From Desulfobacterales bacterium (GTDB lineage Bacteria; Desulfobacterota; Desulfobacteria; Desulfobacterales; JAHEIW01), in the NCBI GenBank assembly GCA_050116835.1, contig JASFNW010000017.1, forward strand, positions 1 through 32,000: a stretch of DNA of 32,000 bases, written 5' to 3'. The notes under the pieces are model-generated. The model saw only the letters and a list, made by a program, of their open reading frames with translations, did not search any database and had not been told where the DNA came from. Shown piece after piece: positions 18,097-25,616 of this stretch; the stretch's first letter is position 1; each line of letters opens with the position of its first letter. The position numbers were made by a program, and so were the translations under genes.

Positions 18097-18166
18097 AAAA
18101 GGAAGTTAGGCGAATCGCTGAACTTCCTTTTTTATGGTGCCGAGGGACAGAATCGAACTGCCGACA
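18073..18166. repeat. direct repeat, copy 1 (partner 21119-21210)
   Basis: The 86-nt core 18081-18166 matches 21125-21210 at 84 of 86 positions. It covers the PPTase 3' end, the terminator hairpin and the first 32 nt of the tRNA-Phe 3' fragment. Confidence 0.85.
18095..18133. terminator. bidirectional rho-independent terminator
   Basis: AAAAAAGGAAGTT-(13-nt loop)-AACTTCCTTTTTT has A/T runs on both sides. It lies directly after the PPTase stop. Confidence 0.75.
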
Positions 18167-18179
18167 CGGGGATTTTCAG
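18135..18179 (-). other. perfect 45-nt copy of the tRNA-Phe 3' half (anticodon loop to CCA); att-like remnant
   Basis: TGGTGCCGAGGGACAGAATCGAACTGCCGACACGGGGATTTTCAG is identical to 23016-23060 of the intact tRNA. Homology stops at the anticodon-loop boundary. Confidence 0.85.
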
Positions 18180-18328
18180 ACCAAATTTTTGAAAATTTAA
18201 AAAATACTGTGATTACAACCAGTTGATTCTAGTTCAATTTTTCGTTGTATTTTTGGTTTCGTTTGGAATTTTTTGGAAATATTTGACCTTGACGGGCACA
18301 ATTTGGGCACAGTCCTTAAATAAAAACC

Positions 18329-18472
18329 ATGCCGGAGAGTTTAAAGTTGAAAGATTACTCTACTCTGCCGGTTGTGTCCCCACAAGATCAATCGCAGATA
18401 TTAGGCATTTTAACTCGTAAAGACATTCTGGATGCCTATGATCACGCCGTGATAAAAAAAACCGTCATCTAA
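18329..18472 (+). pseudogene. orphan C-terminal fragment resembling a CBS domain
   Basis: The 47-aa ORF is MPESLKLKDYSTLPVVSPQDQSQILGILTRKDILDAYDHAVIKKTVI. The LPVV...GILTRKDIL pattern is typical of the end of a CBS domain. No upstream domain is present. Confidence 0.35.
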
Positions 18473-18499
18473 AAGAAGCGCCGGACGAAGCAATTTACT

Positions 18500-19840
18500 T
18501 TAATCGAGGCGTCGGATACGGGGACTCAGAAACAGGTAGTACAGTGTTATGAGCCCCAGCAGGCCTGCGGAGCCGCCCACAGCCAATTGGACGCCGACGC
18601 GATCGGCCAGGATGCTGACGAAGAAAACGCCTACCATCGTAATGCCCCAGTTCATCATGTACACGCTCATGACCCGCCCCTGATGAGATTCATCGGTGTT
18701 GGACAACAGCAAGGTGTTGCTCAATGCCAGCCGGCCGGCCTGGCCCAGGCCCATTGCGATAAAGATGAACACCGCCAGCAGGTAGGATCCGGTCGCGCTG
18801 AAGGCCACCAGGGAGACGGCCGCTAAAAGCAGGCTGAGCAGAAAGATCAGGCCGCGTTTGCGATTGCGCATGGAAGCCACAACCAGAGAGCCTACTAGAG
18901 CCCCCAGACCGGATACGCTGATCAAAAGCCCCTGCCGGGCGCTGGACTCTCCCAGGGCCAGAAGCAGGGAGCCGATCAGAGGCAGGGAGGTTAGTCGCCC
19001 AAAAACCGATACATCCACCAGCAAAATGTCCCGCGTAAACATTGGCAGCAAAAACAGGTAAGGCATGGAAAGAACCGTGGCCAGGAGTGTCAGCACCAGT
19101 AAAGCCAGCACGTCGGCATTATGCCGGATGTAGCGCAGCCCCTCGGTGAGATCCTGGATGGTGCTGCTTTCCCGAGGGCGATCCCTGCCGGTGCGGGGAA
19201 GCCGAACAGCGAACATAAAACCGACGGCGTACAGTGCGGTCATGATATAGTAAACGCTTTCGACGCCCCCGAAGGCAATTAAGAAACCGGCAAATGCCGG
19301 TGCTGCCAGACGGATGAAATTCATTGCCGCCGCGTTGAGCGCGATGGCGTTCATCAGGGTGTCTCTGCCGACCAGTTCATAAATGAGCGCCTGCCTGGCC
19401 GGCATCATCAGGGCCATAACCAACCCCTGAAAAAAAGCGGCCATAAAAAGATGAACCCAGGAAATGGCGCCCGCCGTAATGGAAATCGCAACCCCCATAG
19501 CCACCAGGGCCGAGGCGAGTTGACCGGCAACCAGAATGCTCTTTTTTCTGATGCGGTCCGCCAGAATGCCGCCGAACAGGGAAACGGTCAGCATGGGCAC
19601 TGCAGCGCCAAGCCCCACCGTCCCGAGCATGACGGCACTCCCGGTCAATTCGTACATATACCAGGATCGCGCCACCATCTGCATGTTCATGGCGGTTATC
19701 TGCATCAACAGCGCACCGAAAAATATCCGGTAGGCAGGCAATGTCAATGCGGCAAAAGTCTTCTGCCGATGCTGCCGATTATCCCGGCCCGATTCAGGGA
19801 GTGAAGCAGCCCTGGTAGGCCGCGCGGAACTCTTATTCAT
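18500..19840 (-). CDS. MFS transporter (EntS/MFS_3-like)
   Basis: It has 12-TM hydrophobicity and a GGILADRIRKKS loop motif. By eye it is visibly more GC-rich than its neighbours. Confidence 0.85.
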   Translation of the reverse strand: MNKSSARPTRAASLPESGRDNRQHRQKTFAALTLPAYRIFFGALLMQITAMNMQMVARSWYMYELTGSAVMLGTVGLGAAVPMLTVSLFGGILADRIRKKSILVAGQLASALVAMGVAISITAGAISWVHLFMAAFFQGLVMALMMPARQALIYELVGRDTLMNAIALNAAAMNFIRLAAPAFAGFLIAFGGVESVYYIMTALYAVGFMFAVRLPRTGRDRPRESSTIQDLTEGLRYIRHNADVLALLVLTLLATVLSMPYLFLLPMFTRDILLVDVSVFGRLTSLPLIGSLLLALGESSARQGLLISVSGLGALVGSLVVASMRNRKRGLIFLLSLLLAAVSLVAFSATGSYLLAVFIFIAMGLGQAGRLALSNTLLLSNTDESHQGRVMSVYMMNWGITMVGVFFVSILADRVGVQLAVGGSAGLLGLITLYYLFLSPRIRRLD

Positions 19841-19979
19841 CTCGGAAATATTTCCTTGCCGGATTCATGGGAAATGTTCGGTCTCTCTATAAAACGGGAC
19901 AAGGCGGGCCCGCTCTATGCACAATTTTTTCCTCTAAATTCACCCCTGTCACCCTGCCCTTCACAAAAATCTTACCGAC

Positions 19980-20972
19980 TCAGGGCTTGAAACCTTCGAC
20001 CAGGGAAAACATGCCCTTGGTCTGTATCAAATTGATCCGTCTGAATCCCACCGCTGTCAGGCCTTCTTTGATTTCATCAAAAGTGTAGGTGCGGCCCCCT
20101 TCCGTGCCGGCCAGCATGTTCACCGCAAAAAGAGCGCCTTGCAGCGGCTGGGTGCGATCCGCCGACATGACATGATCGCGAATCACAATCCGACCCCCCG
20201 CGTTCAGGGAGCGGTATACTTTGCCGTACAGAGCTTCGTTTTGCTCAGAACTGCTTTGGTGGATGATGGCCGATAATAGGGCCAGGTCATGTCCGGGAGG
20301 CAATTCGTCCTTGTAAAAATCTCCGGCCACCAACTCGACACGGTCGAGCATATTGGCGGATTGCACGCGATCATGAGCTATTTCGATGACCGGCGGCAGG
20401 TCGAACAAAGTCCCCCTCATTTCGGGTTTTGCGCTGAGCATTGCCAGGGTGTAAGTTCCGGATCCGCCGCCCACGTCCAGCAGCCGGCGAGCCTTTCCCG
20501 GATTGATAGCAGCCACAACCTCCGGCGCGGCTCTGGAAGCGACCACGTGCATGGCACCGATAAAGGCTTTGCAGTTGCCCTCGGCCAAGGCGCCTTTCGT
20601 TTTAAGTCTCGGCGTGGTCTTGCCCAGCACAATGTCCGTTATTTGAGACCAGTTTTGCCACACCGAAGCCATGTGCAGAACCATGGGCAGAATGGAATCG
20701 GACGCGGTAGCCGACAGGAGGGAAGCACCCGACGGCGCAACCTGGTACCGTCTGTCTTTTTTCTCCAAAAAACCAAGGGCACTTAAGGCGTCCAGAAGGA
20801 TCTCTATCCCGCGAATCTCGGTCTTGGTTGTGGCTGCAATTTCCTCCGCCGTCATGGGCTCTTGGGAAAGTAAGGTGAAAAGATCCAGTTCTGCGCCGCT
20901 GAGCAGTATCCGACTGGCCATAAAACCGCGGGCCAGTTCAACGATTGATTCTTCCGTGATCTTTGCGCTCAT
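19980..20972 (-). CDS. class I SAM-dependent O-methyltransferase with an N-terminal winged-helix dimerisation domain
   Basis: The SAM motif LLDVGGGSGTYT is present. The overall layout resembles the Methyltransf_2 (plant/bacterial OMT) family. A tandem AGGAGG SD precedes the ATG. Confidence 0.8.
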   Translation of the reverse strand: MSAKITEESIVELARGFMASRILLSGAELDLFTLLSQEPMTAEEIAATTKTEIRGIEILLDALSALGFLEKKDRRYQVAPSGASLLSATASDSILPMVLHMASVWQNWSQITDIVLGKTTPRLKTKGALAEGNCKAFIGAMHVVASRAAPEVVAAINPGKARRLLDVGGGSGTYTLAMLSAKPEMRGTLFDLPPVIEIAHDRVQSANMLDRVELVAGDFYKDELPPGHDLALLSAIIHQSSSEQNEALYGKVYRSLNAGGRIVIRDHVMSADRTQPLQGALFAVNMLAGTEGGRTYTFDEIKEGLTAVGFRRINLIQTKGMFSLVEGFKP

Positions 20973-21118
20973 TTTAATCCTCCTTTAATTCCTCCTTCGC
21001 CACGCTGTTGCGACAGGCCTTGCAATCGGTCCAAGCCAAAGAAAAATCCATCTGTCATCCCTGTATCGTCTTTGTTTTACTAACCTACTAAAAACATTTG
21101 CACATGTATTTATCATAT

Positions 21119-21210
21119 TCAAAAATGCAAATCCAAATAAAAAAGGAAGCTAGGCGAATCGCTGAACTTCCTTTTTTATGGTGCCGCGGGACAGAATCGA
21201 ACTGCCGACA
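21119..21210. repeat. direct repeat, copy 2 (includes terminator hairpin 21139-21177 and a 32-nt tRNA-Phe 3' fragment at 21179-21210 with 1 mismatch)
   Basis: See 18073-18166. The tRNA part TGGTGCCGcGGGACAGAATCGAACTGCCGACA ends at the variable-loop region. Confidence 0.85.
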
Positions 21211-21292
21211 GCCCATTAATGTGCCTTTACATCCGTGAACCCGGTCGCGTCGTTTTTTTCTACCCTCCGCAGATGGGCCCTCATTTGGCGAA

Positions 21293-22630
21293 TTAAGGCT
21301 TATCGATGATCTCTATCTGTTTAGGACTATTAAGAACTATTTCAGGCCTCCCCCTGAATTTTTTAATTTTTCCTTTTACACGGACAAATTTGTTCAGGTA
21401 GAATTTTTCAGGTTTTTCCGGAAACCGATGAAAAACATTGTCGAATATAACAAGACTACAAAAACGGGCCCAATTATTGTGAAAGTTTAAAAAACAGGCT
21501 TTCCCGGAATTGTGGGTTCGGACAATCCTACCTTCAACAGACATATATTTTCCGATATAATTCTCAGCCAGATCCCATGGAATTATATCTTCACCTGTGG
21601 CCCTGACTTTATAAATTGTCAAAAATGACCTGGCGATCTTCTTTTGCTCTACAGAATTTATGGATCTTTCTGGAATTAATCGGTATTGACTTTTTAATAA
21701 AATATTCCTCAACGCTTCCTCATTGTCCGTGTTGATCAACGCGGAAAGGCTTTTTAATTTCGCACCAAGCTTCCCGGGTAATACACGCGGTAACGCATAG
21801 TTTTTATGTATGATTCCCCATCTATGGTATGCCATTGCGATGACAAATATATCACTCCGATCATTGCGTGTGATCAGTTTATCTTTATATCGCAGTTGTT
21901 TTAGTTTGGCCTGAAGCTCTCTTGGACTGAATTCATAAATCATGGAATAAAGCTGTTTGAGACGGTTTTCTATATCACGGTAATGTACCGGTTTTAAAAT
22001 CCAATTTCCGAATGCTATTTTCCATCTGTCTGCTGATAATCTTGTGAGTTGCAATAGTGGCTGTTTTTGCTTCAGAATCCATCGAACTTCAGGAAATCCA
22101 TCGTCTTTCCACAACCCGATTCTCCTTTTTTTCGCCTCCTGTTCCCATGCCAAAAACTGGGTCTTTCTGCGCTCATCCAATGGATATTTTGTATAGGCAA
22201 TTGCATAGCCGTTTTTAATCAGTTCTTCCTGCAAAAAGGTGCCGTCTTCAAGGTAAACGTAACCCAACACACGCCCATAATTTCCACGCTTGTCTGAATC
22301 ATAAGGATCGTATTCCACACGAACTTTTTTGCCCAGACAGATTTCCTCTGTAAAAGCACCGGCTTCCTTGGACATGAATTGAACTGGCAATTTGGGATGA
22401 TTCTTTTCGGGTGTATCAACCCCGATAAATCGCACGGTCCCCAGACCTTCCAACGTCAATGTGTCTCCGTCGGCAACAGATATGCACCTGTGATATTCTC
22501 TGTCTAATCCGAGGTTTTTAAGTAACTTGTCTGTAACCGGAGCTGGAATATCATTGGCTGAGGAATCAGAAAATAGAAGTACGAGCGACAATATGAGTGG
22601 AAATAAAGAAAAGGATATAAATCTGTGCAT
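21293..22630 (-). CDS. secreted thermonuclease (SNase)-domain protein with a C-terminal OB-fold-like domain
   Basis: A signal peptide (MHRFISFSLFPLILSLVLLFSDSSA) is present. SNase motifs are GDTLTL, VRFIGVDTPE and YGRVLGYVY...EELIKNGYA. The C-terminus (YMSVEGRIV...FVRVKGKIKKFRGRPEI) is OB-fold-like. The gene is visibly AT-rich. Confidence 0.8.
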   Translation of the reverse strand: MHRFISFSLFPLILSLVLLFSDSSANDIPAPVTDKLLKNLGLDREYHRCISVADGDTLTLEGLGTVRFIGVDTPEKNHPKLPVQFMSKEAGAFTEEICLGKKVRVEYDPYDSDKRGNYGRVLGYVYLEDGTFLQEELIKNGYAIAYTKYPLDERRKTQFLAWEQEAKKRRIGLWKDDGFPEVRWILKQKQPLLQLTRLSADRWKIAFGNWILKPVHYRDIENRLKQLYSMIYEFSPRELQAKLKQLRYKDKLITRNDRSDIFVIAMAYHRWGIIHKNYALPRVLPGKLGAKLKSLSALINTDNEEALRNILLKSQYRLIPERSINSVEQKKIARSFLTIYKVRATGEDIIPWDLAENYIGKYMSVEGRIVRTHNSGKACFLNFHNNWARFCSLVIFDNVFHRFPEKPEKFYLNKFVRVKGKIKKFRGRPEIVLNSPKQIEIIDKP

Positions 22631-23015
22631 TGAAGGATCTTAAACCGCCTTCGGCGGTCCAATATGCCTGAGGCTGCAAGCTGTCGACATTAGAATTTTC
22701 AGTTAGTAAATGCCGGGATCATTTAATATTATTTGGGTTTAAAATTATATTTAACCCGGCAATTTTTTCTTTGGGAATATTAATCTTGGCTTTACCCATA
22801 GTTGTTCGACCACTTGTTATTTCTATTAAGATATCTTAAAAAATAGTAAATTGAAAAATTCTTGCAAATTATCATGTAATCCTAATGTGTTATCGTACAA
22901 TTGGCACATATGAATGTCAAGTTTAGGATATCTGCACCATAGAATTATCCACCTAGCGATTGAATGCAAGACCGTAAAAAAAGGATACCGGACTTTAGCC
23001 TGATACCCTTTTTAG

Positions 23016-23091
23016 TTGGTGCCGAGGGACAGAATCGAACTGCCGACACGGGGATTTTCAGTCCCCTGCTCTACCGACTGAGCTACCTCGG
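23016..23091 (-). tRNA. tRNA-Phe (anticodon GAA), CCA encoded
   Basis: The reverse complement is GCCGAGGTAGCTCAGTCGGTAGAGCAGGGGACTGAAAATCCCCGTGTCGGCAGTTCGATTCTGTCCCTCGGCACCA. It folds as a cloverleaf with anticodon loop CUGAAAA. Confidence 0.95.
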
Positions 23092-23170
23092 CTCACGGAA
23101 TCCCATTGATTTTTAAGCTTAAATTAGAATGAAAGCTCTATAAAATGCATCTTTCTTTGTCAAGATATTT

Positions 23171-23914
23171 TTACCCCATATCACCAAATAGGAATTGGGC
23201 CAATGTGCAGGCGGCAATCGTCGCTGTTTCAGCGCGCAGGATCCGTGGCCCGAGGCCGATGATCCGGAACCCGGCGGCTCGCGCCATATCAATCTCCTTG
23301 TCGGTAAAACCCCCTTCGGGCCCCACGAGCAAAAGGATCTTTTCCGGAGGTGATTGCCCGGCGGTCGGCATCAGTTCATTGAGAGAGGTGTTTTCATTTT
23401 CAAAAAAGACAATTTTAAGATCATAGTTGCGGCCAAAGCCCAGAATGTCTTCAAAGGACTTAGTCTCAGCAATTTGGGGCAGCATCGCTCTGTGACATTG
23501 TTTCATAGATTCCTGAAGGATTTTCTGCCATCGCTCCGATCGGGTGGACAGCCCTTTTTTCCCGGGGATGGGAATTGAGCGCTCGCAAATAAATGGAATC
23601 CATCGGGCAATGCCAAGCTCGCAAAGATGCCGCAACAGACGATCCATCTTTTTATCTTTGAGCAGCGCCTGAGCCAAACTGATATGCACGGGAGGCTCCT
23701 TTTCCCCGGGTCGCTTATCGGCAATATCTAATTCCACCCGATCGCGCAAAAACCGCCCGATGATGGCCTCATACTCAAATCCTTGACCGTCAACCAGACA
23801 GATTCTGCTGCCCTTCTTCAGGCGCAGTACGGTTTTGATATGTCGAAGTTGTGAGCCTTTTAAGGCAACGGGCTCTTTACGCAAAGCGTCCGGCTCGATG
23901 TAAAAATAGCGCAT
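23171..23914 (-). CDS. rsmE: 16S rRNA (uracil1498-N3)-methyltransferase
   Basis: The typical RsmE layout is present: an N-terminal PUA-like part (MRYFYIEP...), then GPEGGFTDKEI and LGPRILRAETA. Confidence 0.9.
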   Translation of the reverse strand: MRYFYIEPDALRKEPVALKGSQLRHIKTVLRLKKGSRICLVDGQGFEYEAIIGRFLRDRVELDIADKRPGEKEPPVHISLAQALLKDKKMDRLLRHLCELGIARWIPFICERSIPIPGKKGLSTRSERWQKILQESMKQCHRAMLPQIAETKSFEDILGFGRNYDLKIVFFENENTSLNELMPTAGQSPPEKILLLVGPEGGFTDKEIDMARAAGFRIIGLGPRILRAETATIAACTLAQFLFGDMG

Positions 23915-24004
23915 CCTGATAGTTCCTTGATAGCGAAACCATCGATATTAAAGGATTTACTGGCAATAGCCCTGGATCAAACCACTTGACTTCCACTATA
24001 CCAT

Positions 24005-25255
24005 ATGGTAATTTTTTTTAAACATAATAATGATTTGATGGCATCTTTTAAAATGCCATTAACCTTTATCCAGACGGTGACAAACATGGCTGATAACGAA
24101 AACCATCCTCCGGAACAGGATAAACCGGAAAAAAAACTGCAGCTCGATCTGAGTGAGGCAATGTCTCACGGTTTTGATGAAGATGACGATGAAATCATAG
24201 AACTCAAAGACGAAGTCAACATTGCGCCAGAGAAAACAGAAACGGAAATTGAACGATCTGAAGAACTCGATGAGCCCGACACGGAATCTGAGCTGCCGGC
24301 AGTTGAAAAAATCATCGATCTCGATGCGCTCGAAGACGACGACGGTGATCCTGAGAACGTCATTCGCCTATCAGAAAATCTGACATTTGATGAAGAAGAT
24401 GAGGATGAAATTGACATCCTGCCTATTGAAGAAGAGCCCTTGCCAAAAGCAGACGACCATGATGATGTCACCGAGATTACAGAATTTGACGATATTCTAT
24501 CTGAAGACACGAATGAGATGGTTACCCTGTCGCAAATCAGCGAAACGCTGGACATAGAAGAAGATGATGAAGATGAATTCCTCGAGTTGGTCGACGTGGA
24601 AGAGGACGAGGAAGCCGAGCTTGAAGAAATCGAAGAAGACGTCATCCAGTTCGACGAATCCGGCTCCGATATCGAAGATGTCGAACTTAACGATTTTATC
24701 AACGATTCATTGGATGAAGAAATACAAATCAGTGAAGACTTCGATGAGGATTTGACCGGTACACTGGGCGTTGATGCTGCTGAAAAGCTGGGTCTGGAAG
24801 AGCAAGAGTCCATGGAAGAAGATTTTGATTTCAGCATGGATTCAAGTGAAATATCAAAAAAGATCGACCAGCTGGATAGCATATTTTTCGATGAGACCGA
24901 AGCAGAGGCCGAATTGGAGGAAGAGGCAGAGATAGAAGAACAGACAGCAGAACTCGATGAAGAGACCTTCGAGCTCCCTGAAACGACATTCGAAGACATC
25001 GAAGATGAAATCGAAACCGAAGATATTGGCGTGAGCGGAGATGAATCAGGGGACGTGCCACTCGCATTGGGTAACATCGCGGCAACAGGAGCCAGCCATA
25101 ATCAGTTAGAAGAAACCCTTGAACAGATTATTGAGCGAAAATTTTCTGGCAAAATTGAAACGCTTATTACCGAGATTATCGAAAAAGCGGTCTCAAAAGA
25201 AATCCAGCGTCTGAAAAAGATTTTATTGGAAGACGACGGTGATGAGGAATTTTAG
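24005..25255 (+). CDS. hyper-acidic (Asp/Glu-rich) protein with a short non-acidic C-terminal domain; probable start at 24086
   Basis: From MADNENHPPEQ onward, about 390 aa are dominated by D/E with interspersed hydrophobic residues. The last ~60 aa (NQLEETLEQIIERKFSGKIETLITEIIEKAVSKEIQRLKKILL) look helical. A terminator follows. Confidence 0.7.
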   Translation: MVIFFKHNNDLMASFKMPLTFIQTVTNMADNENHPPEQDKPEKKLQLDLSEAMSHGFDEDDDEIIELKDEVNIAPEKTETEIERSEELDEPDTESELPAVEKIIDLDALEDDDGDPENVIRLSENLTFDEEDEDEIDILPIEEEPLPKADDHDDVTEITEFDDILSEDTNEMVTLSQISETLDIEEDDEDEFLELVDVEEDEEAELEEIEEDVIQFDESGSDIEDVELNDFINDSLDEEIQISEDFDEDLTGTLGVDAAEKLGLEEQESMEEDFDFSMDSSEISKKIDQLDSIFFDETEAEAELEEEAEIEEQTAELDEETFELPETTFEDIEDEIETEDIGVSGDESGDVPLALGNIAATGASHNQLEETLEQIIERKFSGKIETLITEIIEKAVSKEIQRLKKILLEDDGDEEF

Positions 25256-25325
25256 AATCCTTCAGTTAGAAGGTCTCTGAACTGCGAAAAAAAACTACTC
25301 ATTTAAAACCAACTGTGCTAATAGC

Positions 25326-25356
25326 AGGGGATTATTTGATAATCCCCTTTTTGTTT
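25326..25356 (+). terminator. rho-independent terminator of the acidic-protein gene
   Basis: AGGGGATTAT-TTG-ATAATCCCCT is followed by TTTTGTTT. Confidence 0.8.
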
Positions 25357-25616
25357 ATCAGGTGCCGTATCTATTCAATGAATGCACCTGTTGATGAGTC
25401 AACGACCACCCGCACAGCGGGTGGCTTGGGCTTTACCGCCAAAGGCGGTAAAAGACGGGGACATGCAGTGCCCCGATCGTTGAGAACAATGCGGCGACAC
25501 CGGGTGCGAAGCACCCGGTTTGGGGAACGCAATCACAGCAACGGACGCTGTTGAATCGGTTGATTGAATGGCGTCAACATATTTAAGGAGCCGTTAACGG
25601 AAGGAATACCTAACCG
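25357..25616 (+). promoter_or_regulatory. highly structured ~260-nt leader upstream of valS (candidate cis-regulatory RNA)
   Basis: Consecutive GC-rich hairpins are CAGGTGC/GCACCTG, GTTGA/TCAAC, CCACCCGC/GCGGGTGG, TTACCGCC/GGCGGTAA, CGGGG(A)CA/TGCCCCG and ACCGGGTGC/GCACCCGGT. No credible ORF is present. Confidence 0.4.

Noticed and set aside
18223-18420. A 65-aa plus-strand ORF.
   Set aside because: It is a low-complexity Phe/Val-rich reading of an AT-rich junction region. A different frame contains the more meaningful CBS-like fragment.
20969-21058. A 29-codon upstream ORF (MTDGFFFGLDRLQGLSQQRGEGGIKGGLK) overlapping the OMT start by ATGA. I considered it as a possible RiPP-like precursor next to the OMT and MFS genes.
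   Set aside because: Its Gly-rich tail is simply the tandem AGGAGG SD region of the OMT gene read in another frame. Its own start lacks a spaced SD. It would only be worth revisiting if it is conserved.
4721-23015. I expected an integrase or transposase gene in the tRNA-Phe-bounded interval.
   Set aside because: No ORF in any frame of the track shows recombinase hallmarks by eye, so no mobile_element feature is called.
24166-25077. A 303-aa Ser-rich ORF on the minus strand.
   Set aside because: It is the antisense reading of the GAA/GAT-rich acidic-protein gene. Its composition is purely a mirror artefact, and it has no start context.
25315-25554. A 79-aa Arg-rich ORF.
   Set aside because: It spans the terminator and the hairpin series. 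Its composition reflects GC-rich stems, and it has no SD.
25357-25616. A T-box riboswitch upstream of valS.
   Set aside because: GGGTGG and ACCGCC are present but separated by 9 nt, unlike the contiguous T-box core. I could not identify a specifier loop with a Val codon, a K-turn or a terminator U-run. It is kept only as an unclassified structured leader.
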